Assembly: GCA_002269645.1 (NCBI GenBank)
Contig: NIVC01000827.1
Coordinates: 524,484-588,483 of the forward strand
DNA from: Macrostomum lignano
Lineage: Eukaryota
Direction: 5' to 3'
Length of the DNA stretch: 64,000 bases
The translations under genes were made by a program, and so were the position numbers. Below are positions 36,801 through 48,139 of the stretch, one piece after another; position 1 is the stretch's first letter, and each line of letters opens with the position of its first letter. The notes under the pieces are model-generated. The model made no database searches and had not been told where the DNA came from. It saw only the letters and a program-made list of their open reading frames with translations.

Positions 36801-39800
36801 TCAGTTCTGGTATCTGATATCCCTCTGAAATCAGTTCTGGTATCTGATATATCCCTCTGAAATCTGTCCTGGTATCTGATATCCCTCTGAAATCAGTTCT
36901 GGTATCTGATATCCCTCTGAAATCTGTCCTGGTATCTGATATCCCTCTGATATCTGTTCTGGTATCTGATATATCCCTCTGATATCTGTTCTGGTATCTG
37001 ATATCCCTCTGAAATCTGTTCTGGTATCTGATATCCCTCTGATATCAGTTCTGGTATCTGATATCCCTCTGAAATCAGTTCTGGTATCTGATATCCCTCT
37101 GAAATCTGTACTGGTATCTGATATCCCTCTGAAATCAGTTCTGGTATCTGATATCCCTCTGAAATCTGTCCTGGTATCTGATATCCCTCTGAAATCAGTT
37201 CTGGTATCTGATATATCCCTCTGAAATCTGTCCTGGTATCTGATATCCCTCTGAAATCAGTTCTGGTATCTGATATATCCCTCTGAAATCTGTCCTGGTA
37301 TCTGATATCTCTCTGATATCTGTTCTGGTATCTGATATCCCTCTGATATCTGTTCTGGTATCTGATATCCCTCTGAAATCAGTTCTGGTATCTGATATCC
37401 CTCTGAAATCTGTCCTGGTATCTGATATCCCTCTGAAATCAGTTCTGGTATCTGATATCCCTCTGAAATCTGTCCTGGTATCTGATATCCCTCTGATATC
37501 TGTTCTGGTATCTGATATATCCCTCTGATATCTGTTCTGGTATCTGATATCCCTCTGAAATCTGTTCTGGTATCTGATATCCCTCTGATATCAGTTCTGG
37601 TATCTGATATCCCTCTGAAATCAGTTCTGGTATCTGATATCCCTCTGAAATCTGTCCTGGTATCTGATATCCCTCTGAAATCAGTTCTGGTATCTGATAT
37701 CCCTCTGAAATCTGTCCTGGTATCTGATATCCCTCTGATATCTGTTCTGGTATCTGATATATCCCTCTGATATCTGTTCTGGTATCTGATATCCCTCTGA
37801 AATCTGTTCTGGTATCTGATATCCCTCTGAAATCTGTTCTGGTATCTGATATCCCTCTGATATCAGTCCTGGTATCTGATATCCCTCTGAAATCAGTTCT
37901 GGTATCTGATATCCCTCTGAAATCTGTTCTGGTATCTGATATCCCTCTGATATCAGTTCTGGTATCTGATATCCCTCTGAAATCAGTTCTGGTATCTGAT
38001 ATCCCTCTGAAATCTGTCCTGGTATCTGATATCCCTCTGAAATCAGTTCTGGTATCTGATATCCCTCTGAAATCTGTCCTGGTATCTGATATCCCTCTGA
38101 AATCAGTTCTGGTATCTGATATATCCCTCTGAAATCTGTCCTGGTATCTGATATCCCTCTGAAATCAGTTCTGGTATCTGATATCCCTCTGAAATCTGTC
38201 CTGGTATCTGATATCCCTCTGATATCTGTTCTGGTATCTGATATCCCTCTGATATCTGTTCTGGTATCTGATATCCCTCTGATATCTGTCCTGGTATCTG
38301 ATATCCCTCTGAAATCTGTTCTGGTATCTGATATCCCTCTGAAATCTGTCCTGGTATCTGATATCCCTCTGAAATCTGTTCTGGCACTCTCCCTGATATT
38401 AGTTGTTCATACACGAATGCATAATTGTGCTATGGAAAGGCCGAGACAGTATTCTCCAATTATTATTTTGATTGCATGCAAATTTTCTAATTTATAATAA
38501 TTGGAACGGATCGAGCGGCTCCAGTCGAACTAAAGCATTTTTATGTGACCAAAATATGCGCATAGCAAATTGTTTGCAATTTCTCCGCAGAGGCTTTTTC
38601 AGTCTACGAAAACAAACCCGAACAACTGTTTCCAAGGTCAGAGCAAGGACTATTTAATTTTCGGATTGTGGGGGGGGGGCTCTGCTTCTATTGTGCTGGT
38701 ACTTATTTTTCCTGAGTAAACAGATGAGATGAGGGCTTTGTAGATTTCGCAAACGCACCGATGAGATGAGCAAACTGTCGGTTTCTCTTGGGGGTGTGGT
38801 CAGCATGCGCAAAACAGAACTCAGAGAAATTGGCATTTGTGTGTCTGGCATCTGTGCGACTGTGCTCTTAAGAAAATTGGTGTCTTTCACTGAAACACTG
38901 CCACACGAGTCTTTTGCTGTTGAGTTTATCTCTGTTTGCCTTTGAGTTGAGTACATTTTCAATTTCTCAACAACCTGATTTACCTATAATCTCGGAAGCT
39001 AATTCCCCACTAATCTCGGAAACTGATTCCCCACTAATCTCAGAACCTGATTCCCCACTAAACTCAAAATCTCATTCCCCATCACTACTCTCAGAACCTG
39101 ATTCCCCAAACAATGGCAGAACCTGATTCCCCCAACAATGGCAGAACCTCATTCCCCCCAACAATGGCAGAACCTGATTCCCCAAACAATGGCAGAACCT
39201 CATTCCCCCCAACAATGGCAGAACCTGATTCCCCCAACAATGGCAGAACCTGATTCCCCCAACAATGGCAGAACCTGATTCCCCAAAGAATAGCAGAACC
39301 TGATTCCCCAAAGAATAGCAGAACCTGATTCCCCCAACAATGGCAGAACCTGATTCCCCAAACAATGGCAGAACCTGATTCCCCCAAACAATGGCAGAAC
39401 CTGATTCCCCAAACAATGGCAGAACCTGATTCCCCCCAAACAATGGCAGAACCTGATTCCCCCAAACAATGGCAGAACCTGATTCCCCCCCAAACAATGG
39501 CAGAACCTGATTCCCCAAACAATGGCAGAACCTGATTCCCCCAAACAATGGCAGAACCTGATTCCCCCAAACAATGGCAGAACCTGATTCCCCCAACAAC
39601 ATTGTGCACCTTCCTCACTCACCAGTGAGGAGGAACGAGTAGACAACATAAGCGATGAAGTCGCAGCGCTCGGCCAGCGCCCCGGACACAATAGTGGCCG
39701 AAGTGGCGGCGAACACGAACTGAAAGAACCATAGAGGCAGTTTACTGTCGGACAGCTGAGCCATTGCCCAGAAGCTGTTTCCGCAAAAAGCGTTGCCAGG

Positions 39801-40076
39801 CTCGCCAAAGGCCAACGCCCAACCGAATATGTAATAAGCAATGCAGCCAATGAACGAGTCCAGGATATTCTTAATCAATATGTTGGTGGTGTGCTTCGAT
39901 CTCACTGCTCCAGCTTCAAGGAAAGCGAAGCCGCACTGCATAAAATAGATCACTATAGCCATTGTGCATAGAAAGAATGCATCAACCGAAGCGTTGGTGG
40001 CAGCTACGGACGTTTTTAGACCGTCAAGCTCCTGAGTGATGTTCAGTAATGCTGCGAGTTCGCCAGGTGTTGCCAT
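30889..40076 (-). CDS. amt: Ammonium transporter (Amt family), 7 exons: 40076-39623, 35444-35344, 34678-34333, 33535-33396, 33105-32868, 31543-31475, 31067-30889; 508 aa
   Basis: FMQCGFAFLEAGAVRSK, FQFVFAATSATIVSGALAER, GFVYPIVSHWAW, DFAGSGVVHITGG, FLAFNGGS, INGGLAGMVAICAG, IDDPVEAIAVH and GMDYPKHGEMAYP. All six junctions are GT-AG and phase-compatible; total 1527 nt. Confidence 0.95.
31750..32780. repeat. C-rich minisatellite, 55-56-bp unit, in Amt intron 5
   Basis: Tandem unit CACCCACCCCACTCCCTCCGACCGCAAACCCTCAACGATCCCTTACCCTCAACCCC read directly. Confidence 0.95.
33150..33365. repeat. Minisatellite, ~23-bp unit (GTTTAGTTCTGGTTTATTGGGTA), in Amt intron 4
   Basis: Tandem units visible directly. 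Confidence 0.88.
33830..34030. repeat. Minisatellite, ~20-bp unit (GGGCGCCCCTGTCTCTTGGT), in Amt intron 3
   Basis: Tandem units visible directly. Confidence 0.9.
34850..35250. repeat. Minisatellite, 21-bp unit (CCCCTGACACCCACCCCATCT), in Amt intron 2
   Basis: Tandem units visible directly. Confidence 0.93.
35510..38390. repeat. Satellite, 30/32-bp unit (CTCTGAAATCTGTTCTGGTATCTGATATCC), ~2.9 kb, in Amt intron 1
   Basis: Highly homogeneous tandem array read directly. Confidence 0.97.
38985..39600. repeat. Minisatellite, 26-28-bp unit (CCCCAAACAATGGCAGAACCTGATTC), at the donor end of Amt intron 1
   Basis: Tandem units read directly. Confidence 0.93.
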
Positions 40077-40797
40077 GATATTTTTCCAGGATTTGATCAA
40101 ACGTGATTGATTGATGCCGCAAGCAAGCAGTATGCAGTTCGTACTGCATGCGTTTATAGCTGCATGGACTTGGCCGTGTGACGACAAATTTTTCAGGGCG
40201 CTTTGCCATTGGCTGTTGCATAAATTTTAGCTTTATGCTTAGACATTCAAATGTGCATTGTATTGAGCAGTGTCAACACAGCTTTCTTTAGCTAGCTAGA
40301 TAAATATTATATAAGACCCAAGTCAATGTTTGGGGTGCCTCGACTACTATTTGCTCACTTTAATTACATTTATATAATACAGCGCAAGGCATTCACTTTG
40401 TGTGAATGGGCAAAGGCTTTCTCAGAGAGTCGCCACTGCACTGCACAGAGCTGGCTGGAGTAACAGTAGAAGTATAGAGTGTACAATCTTCAAACCGGTT
40501 CAGTGCTTTGAGTAACGTGTTTTGTAACGACTTGCGCTAGCGCCCGAGCCTGGAAGCTGCCAGCATGGTTGGCATATGGATTGAGTTAAACAACAAAACA
40601 AAATTTAAATAATGATGATGGAGCCCCTAAGGCTATCGTCTATGTATGCACAGATAGCGTTTCTGTATGCTCTTCATTAAAAAATGCATGGCCACTTGAA
40701 AGATGAGTTTATACGATTTCATGCATGGTTTGAAAAACTGACCCTAAAGAGAAAGAAAAAATGCGTGCCGTTGAAAGAATGTAACGGTGTAGGTATA

Positions 40798-42596
40798 CAG
40801 GGGCGTCGCCAACGGGGGGGACAGGGGGGGGGCATGTCCCCCCCCCAGTAAAAGATCTGGGGGGACCTGCCAATGCTTTGTCCCCCCACCTTGTGACTCG
40901 TTATGGAAATCAATAATTTTGCTGCAGAGCGACAAAACATAGTGCCTGTGGCGTTAAAATGAGTGCCTACGGCGCTAAAATGAATGCCTGTGGCGTTAAA
41001 ATGAGTGCCTACGGCGCTAAAATGAGTGCCTGTGGCGTTAAAATGAGTGCCTACGGCGCTAAAATGAATGCCTGTGGCGTTAAAATGAGTGCCTACGGCG
41101 CTAAAATGAGTGCCTGTGGCGTTAAAATGAGTGCCTACGGCGCTAAAATGAGTGCCTGCGGCGCTAAAATGAGTGCCTGCGGCGCTAAAATGAGTGCCTG
41201 CGGAGCTAAAATGAGTGCCTGCGGAGCTAAAATGAGTGCCTGCGGCGCTAAAATGAGTGCCTGCGGCGTTAAAATGAGTGCCTGCGGCGCTAAAATGAGT
41301 GCCTGCGGCGTTAAAATGAGGGCCTGTGGCGCTAAAATGAGTGCCTGTGGCGCTAAAATGAGTGCCTGGGGAGCTAAAATGAGTGCCTGGGGAGCTAAAA
41401 TGAGTGCCTGCGGCGCTAAAATGAGTGCCTGCGGCGTTAAAATGAGTGCCTGTGGCGCTAAAATGAGTGCCTGTGGCGCTAAAATGAGTGCCTGTGGCGT
41501 TAAAATGAGTGCCTACGGCGCTAAAATGAGTGCCTGTGGCGCTAAAATGAGTGCCTGTGGCGCTAAAATGAGTGCCTGCGGCGCTAAAATGAGTGCCTGC
41601 GGCGTTAAAATGAGTGCCTGCGGCGCTAAAATGAGTGCCTGCGGCGCTAAAATGAGTGCCTGCGGCGTTAAAATGAGTGCCTACGGCGCTAAAATGAGGG
41701 CCTGTGGCGCTAAAATGAGTGCCTGTGGCGCTAAAATGAGTGCCTGGGGAGCTAAAATGAGTGCCTGCGGCGCTAAAATGAGTGCCTGCGGCGTTAAAAT
41801 GAGTGCCTGCGGCGCTAAAATGAGTGCCTGCGGCGCTAAAATGAGTGCCTGTGGCGCTAAAATGAGTGCCTGGGGAGCTAAAATGAGTGCCTGCGGCGCT
41901 AAAATGAGTGCCTGCGGCGCTAAAATGAGTGCCTGTGGCGCTAAAATGAGTGCCTGGGGAGCTAAAATGAGTGCCTGCGGCGCTAAAATGAGTGCCTGGG
42001 GAGCTAAAATGAGTGCCTGTGGCGCTAAAATGAGTGCCTGCGGAGCTAAAATGAGGGCCTGTGGCGCTAAAATGAGTGCCTGCGGCGTTAAAAAGGGTGT
42101 CTGCGGCGCTAAAATGAGTGCCTGCGGCGTTAAAATGAGTGCCTGCGGCGTTAAAATGAGTGCCTGCGGCGCTAAAATGAGTGCCTGCGATGCTAAAATG
42201 AGTGCCTGCGGCGCTAAAATGAGTGCCTGCGGCGTTAAAATGAGTGCCTGCGGCGCTAAAATGAGTGCCTGCGGCGTTAAAATGAGTGCCTGCGGCGCTA
42301 AAATGAGTGCCTGCGATGCTAAAATGAGTGCCTGCGATGCTAAAATGAGTGCCTGCGATGCTAAAATGAGTGCCTGCGGCGCTAAAATGAGTGCCTGCGG
42401 CGCTAAAATGAGTGCCTGCGATGCTAAAATGAGTGCCTGCGGCGCTAAAATGAGTGCCTGCGGCGCTAAAATGAGCGCTGACAACACCGATTCTGAAAAT
42501 ATTGTACATGTAATAAGAATTTAGTCATGTACAATTGTACGTGTATAATTATTGGCTTTGTCCCCCCACCATAAAATCCATGGCGACGCGCCCCTG
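40798..42596. mobile_element. Non-autonomous hAT-like element whose body is a 21-bp tandem array (AAAATGAGTGCCTGCGGCGCT, ~40935-42478)
   Basis: Termini CAGGGGCGTCGCCA and TGGCGACGCGCCCCTG. Flanks TAGGTATA and CAGGTATA (8-bp TSD with 1 mismatch). The subterminal TTTGTCCCCCCACC motif occurs on both sides. Confidence 0.8.
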
Positions 42597-42812
42597 CAGG
42601 TATACACCAAGGACGACTTAAGTAGAAGGACGGGAAACCTCGTTTCTTGGAAAATTTTTAAAGGCAGGTTTTTTCCGAAAAAAATACACTACGGAGATAG
42701 GAAGTTTTCATTTTTTCAGCACAAAAATTGTTATTGCTTTTGATAGGGACGCAGATCCAGTGTTCATCTTTTGATATGTTGTGCCTTTCTCATTGCTTTA
42801 TCGATTTTAATT

Positions 42813-43107
42813 AAGCTTTTCATTCAGAAAATTAGGATTCTATGTTTATTTTTTATTTTACGTACATTCACTGTGCCTAAAAATCATAAAAAATAAATGG
42901 CAAAGCTCCAATCATTGGTTTTATGAATTCATTTTATCATCCCTGCTACACATATTGCTAGACATTCAGCTAACAATGATAAAAATAGACTCATAAAAGC
43001 AAAGTAGCTGAGCTGTGCCATTTTATTAGTTTTTAGGCACAAGACACGTGCAAATGTACGTAGAATAAAAATTAACATAGAATCCTATTTTTCTGAACGA
43101 AAAGCTT
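42813..43107. mobile_element. Fold-back MITE with ~100-bp imperfect TIRs
   Basis: 42813-~42905 and ~43009-43107 are reverse complements (AAGCTTTTCATTCAGAAAATTAGGATTCTATG...). Confidence 0.7.
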
Positions 43108-43129
43108 TATGAAAACCTTATACAGTACA

Positions 43130-43583
43130 GTACAGACTCGGCCGACGGGCAGGTTGGCACGATGGTCGGTAGGTCACGGCGGCGGCTGCAGTCACGGACG
43201 ATCATTCCAGACAAAACACGTAAGAAGAGAGTTTAAAATAAAGGGGGAGATCAAGAGACAGGGATCAGGTATAGGAAAGAAAGAGGGAGGATAAAATCAA
43301 GACGTGTCGGCTCGAGAGCGGGAGTGTGATGAGTCGGGGGCATGCCGGGGTCTTTTGTGCTCTAGGACCCAAAATGGGCTCTTATTTATAGCCCAGATAT
43401 CACGCGTCACGCGATCACGAGAGCGTGATGCGTGATATTGAAGGCCGTGACTTGTCCTTGACCTCCGTTACCAAGCAACCCCCATGACGTCACCCCGTCG
43501 TTAGCCGCGCTGTGATTGGACGAGAAATCGGGGTGGGCGCGGCGGAGAAGAATTTATGATACAATGATAGGGATTACGTAACA
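43130..43583 (-). mobile_element. LTR-like promoter block (possible solo LTR)
   Basis: Minus strand begins TGTTACG and has CCAAT (~43515) and TATAAATA (~43385) boxes in promoter order. No TSD found. Confidence 0.35.
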
Positions 43584-43819
43584 GTCAGGAAAGAGCTTAG
43601 AGAGATAGGGTGTCATAAAACTGTCTCACTTGGCACAAGATTTTAAACAAAAACGATCGGTGAGGTTGGTGCGCAGGGATTGAGTTGGGCGACAAGCATG
43701 AGTCATCGCGAACTTATCAAACAAGAGTGGTGCAATGATGTACGACGAGTGACACCCATGTGCCCGCTCAACTCGTGGTCATGTTAAGACCAGCAACAGC
43801 TCTTATCCATTTACTGGTT

Positions 43820-43930
43820 TTCGAGTACTATGATTGGAATTTTGCTTGCCGAAGTTTGCTTGCGGAACTTTGTTTGCAGGAAATTTGCTTGCAGAAATTT
43901 TGCTTGCCGAACTTTTCTTGCGGAATTTTG
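43820..43930. repeat. Degenerate ~19-bp repeats (TTGCTTGCCGAA), inverted relative to the array at 51760-52045
   Basis: Units are reverse complements of those at 51.8 kb, and the outer flanks are also similar. Confidence 0.65.
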
Positions 43931-44083
43931 ATGTCTGCTTCCTAGAAATTCGCAATCACAATTGCAAGATTTCAACTTACCGAATTATTTTCTTGTCTGC
44001 TTGCTTGTTTTGATTGCTTGTGAAGTTGCAGTCTGTCAATCCTCTCCTTTCCTTCCTCCTTCCTAATACTAAAACCGACGCGA

Positions 44084-44114
<31 letters not shown>

Positions 44115-44183
44115 ATGTAGCAATCTTCTCCCCTTCTCCCCTTCTCCCCTTCTCCCTCTCCCCTAATACTAAAACCGACGCGA

Positions 44184-44214
<31 letters not shown>

Positions 44215-44330
44215 ATGTAGCAAGTGAACTCCTACAATTCTGCCAAGTCAGCGTTGAAACTTATATGGGAAAACTGCAAATTTTCCGGAGCAGGCTTTAG
44301 GCTATTTTAATTTTTTATTTTCCAATTTTA

Positions 44331-44357
44331 TCTCCCCTAATACTAAAACCGACGCGA

Positions 44358-44388
<31 letters not shown>

Positions 44389-47300
44389 ATGTAGCAAGTG
44401 AACTCCTACAATTCTGCCAAGTCAGCGTTGAAACTTATATGGGAAAACTGCAAATTTTCCGGAGCAGGCTTTAGGCTATTTTAATTTTTTATTTTCCAAT
44501 TTTAACATCCCTAAAAAAGCAGAAAACTGCTTTTTTAACCCCCAATAACCTTCTTTGGCCACTCTGCCTGGGGCTGCAGCCAGTTTGTAAAAATAGCCAC
44601 CCCAACCTCCGCCCGCGGGCCGCTGTGTATTGAGGGGTGGTGGGTGCAAGTGGAAATAAAACCCCCCGCGTGTTGGGGGGGGGTTCAGTTAAATTTAATG
44701 CTTCCCCCAGAACGGTGGGTTGGGCTTGGGCTGAGTGTACATAGCAGTTGTACAGTGTAAACAGATAGATAGGAATCAGGACTGTGTCGAGATTCAATTG
44801 GTTTTATTATTGGCGCCTTTTTTTCTCCATAGGCAGCCCTGTGTATTAGCTTAGCAGTGAAATTCAATGAATTGCGAGCTTCTCTAGCAAGCAGTCGGGA
44901 AATCGGTAAATTTCAAACGCTAACTGTTCCTCGAGTTTTAAACTTTGAGAGGAGAAACTTATATTGCTGGAAAGATCTTGCAACGCAGAGTTCGAGGATA
45001 TAAGTTGTTTGCTTTATATATGAAAACTAAAAGCTTTTCATTGGGAAAACTATTCCCATACTTTTAACTTTTTGCAAAAATTGTAATCAGTTTTGCGAGA
45101 CGTAATAGATAAAGTTGGGGTGAGGGTTCAACTTCTCACTGCTGCTGTGTATTGGAGGGTTGATTTAGATTGACTGACTGACTGTGAAATCAGTTGCGCA
45201 ATGAATTGATTCAATTAGTTCAATATTTTTATCAGTGCCTTTTAACACAAACCTGTGCGTAGTTCTAACCCTAACCCTAACCCTAACCAATGAATCCGGA
45301 GAGTTGAGTTGTTTGACGGAAAAAATTCGATTGAGTCCAGTTTAGCGGAGACGATTTCAATGTTTTAATTTTGACGAAGAGGATTTCTGTTTCGTGGAGA
45401 GGATTTCGATGGTGTTCAGTTTCGTGGAGAGGATTTCGATGGTGTTCAGTTTCGTGGAGAGGATTTCGATGGTGTTCAGTTTCGTGGAAAGGATTTCGAT
45501 GATGTTCAGTTTCACGGAGAGGATTTCGATGATGTTCAGCTTCACGGAGAGGATTTCGATGATGTTCAGCTTCATGGAGAGGATTTCTGTTTCGCGGAGA
45601 TAATTTATGATTGATTTCTGTTTTATGGAGACGATTTTGATGGATTTAAGTTTCAAGGAGAGGATTTCGAAGGAGTCCAGTTTCACGGAGAGGATTTCGA
45701 TGGTTTTCAGTTGCACGGACAGGATTTCTGCTTCGCGGAGAGGATCTTGATGGATTTGGCATCTTCAATCAGTCAGAGAAGAGAGTAAAGACAAGAATGA
45801 AAAGAGTAGAGAGATGAGTGGGTAGAAAAGAGAGTAGAAATGAGTGGAGAGATTAGACATGACAGATCGGAGAGAAGAGGGGAGTAAGGCGGGAACGAAG
45901 GAGAGAGAAGAGAAGAGGAGAGAGGAGATGAGAGGGGAGATATGAGATAGCAAAGAGGAGACAGGAGAGATAAGAGGAGAGAGAAGAGAGGAGGGATAAG
46001 AGCGTACAGAGGAAATAGAAGAGGAGAGAGTAGAGGAGAAAGAAAAAGAGTACAGATGAGAGATGAGAGAGGAGAGGAGAGAGGAGAAAGTAGAGACGAA
46101 AGACGAGGGAGAAGAGATAGATAAAGGGAGTAGAGATGAGAAGAGAGAGAGGAGAGAGAAGAGAGAGGAGAAGGGAGAGAGAAGAAAGATCAGAAAAAAT
46201 GTGGTGAGAGTTATGAGAAATAAGCAGTAAGGAGAAAGAAGAGGGTAAAGATAAGAGTGCAGAGAGGAGAGATGAGAGATGCGATGAGAAAAGAGAGTGA
46301 GAAAATAGGAGAGAAGAGATTAGAGATTAGAGAAGGTAAAAATGAGAGGAGAGAAGAGAGAATAGAAAGGATAGAAAAGAGAGAAGAGAGAAGATAAGAG
46401 ATGGTAGAAAGGAAGGAAGAAAGATTGGAGATAAGAAAGGAAAGGGCGAGAGCATATAGGAGATATGAAAAATAGGAGCAGAGAGGAGAGAGAAAAAGAA
46501 GAGATAGAGGTTAGAGAAGAAAGATAAGAGAGTAAAGACATGAGAGAGTAAATGAGAGATGAGAGAGGAGAGAAGAAGGGAGAGATAAGAAAGAAGAGAG
46601 GAGACAGGAGACAGAAGTGAAGAGGAGAGATACATGTATGAGAGGAGAGACAAGAGACAGGAGAGGGTACAGACGAAAGACGAGGGAGAAGAGGTAAATA
46701 AGGGAGTAGAGATGAGATGAGAGAGAGGAGAGAGAAGCGAGAGGAGAGAGGAGAGAGGAGAGAGGAGAGAGGAGAGAAATGGAAGATCAGAGATGAGAGA
46801 GTTAAGAGAGGAAAGTAGTGAGGAGAGGAGAGATGAGAGATGCGATGAGAAGAGATGCGTGAGAACATAAGAGAGAAGAGATTAGAGATTAGAGAAGAGA
46901 GGGGAGAAGATGAAAGGAAAAAGGAGAGGAGAAAAGAGAGAAGAGACAGGGGATAGTGGAAAGGAGGAAAGAAAGATAGGAGACAAGAAAGTAGAGTGTG
47001 AGAGCGTATATGATATATGAGAAATGAGAGCAGAGGGGAGAGAGAGGGTAAAGAGAGATGATAGATAAGTGAGTAGAGATGACATATGAGAGAGGAGAGA
47101 AGAGGGAGAGATAAGAGTGAAGAGAGGAGACAGAAGACAGAAGTGAAGAGGAGAGATATGAGAGAAGAGAGGAGACAAGAGACAGGAGAGGGTACAGACG
47201 AAAGACGAGGGAGAAGAGATACATAAGGGAGTAGAGATGAGAGGAGAGAGAGGAGAGACTAGATATAAGATAGCAAAGAAGAGAGAGCAGAGATGAGAGA

Positions 47301-47514
47301 CTAGAGATGGAAAGCAGATTAGAGAGAAGAGATAAGAGACTACACTGTAGAGATGAGAGGGAAAAGAGGAGAGCAAAAAGGCTTTACAGAGGATTTGGAG
47401 ATGATTTGGAAGATGGGATTCAAGTCATGGAGTTTCAGCTGATGGATTTCAGGGAATGGAATTCCGGTGATGGGAGTTCTTCCCCTTTCTCCTCCGGAGG
47501 AGGAGTTCCACTCG
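44331..47514 (+). mobile_element. Non-autonomous Helitron-like element H1, copy B, with (CTAACC)4, a 30-bp minisatellite (~45370-45760) and ~1.5 kb of GA-only cargo
   Basis: 5' TC...TAATACTAAAA plus (GTCT)n. 3' perfect palindrome CTCCTCCGGAGGAG (47489-47502), 8 nt before terminal CTCG|T. Second copy inverted at 9676-12001. Confidence 0.72.
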
Positions 47515-48139
47515 TATATACTAAAAATGAAAATCTTGCTTGTTTGTTTGTTTGTACGCAATCGATTAGAGAAAAAATGGCTGGACCGATTTTCTTCGAA
47601 CTTGCACTGTTCGATCAGAAATTTTCCCGTGACGGTACATGCATCTTGGCTAAGAAATTGCTCCATGTTAAAGTGATTAAATATTCGAAAAACATGCTTT
47701 TTTGCAAAGGTCAAGCAAACTTTTCGACTTGAAATGCATTGTAAGAATGCTAGAGAAAAAACTGACTGGTTGAATTCTGATTCTGAAATAGATTGCATCA
47801 TAACTGAATTGTAACTCCGACTTGAATTGAAAATGCAGTGTGGAAGCGTAGCACCAGACTTGATTTAAATTGCGTAACCATGCATATTGTTAACTGATAC
47901 TGACTGACTGAGAAACTGATTATGTCATAACTGCCTCGTGTGATTTACTCTATGCTTGGATTTTAAAGTGTTGAATTATATAAGTGCAAAATTTGATGTT
48001 ATCAAAACGACGAGAGCTAGCCTAGAGGTGAACAAACTGAACTGCTAAAGCAGCGACGATGGTTCGAATTTTCATAGAGTATAATTTTTTTTAATTAAAG
48101 CTTTTCAACGTCAGGAAAACTAAAAGACTTTTTAAAAAG

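Noticed and set aside
31626-42524. Large repeat-protein ORFs (353, 333, 596, 521 aa; PTPSDRK, THFSAAG, AKMSACG)
   Set aside because: They are 56-bp and 21-bp satellites inside an Amt intron and a MITE. Several frames and both strands are open, as expected for stop-free units.
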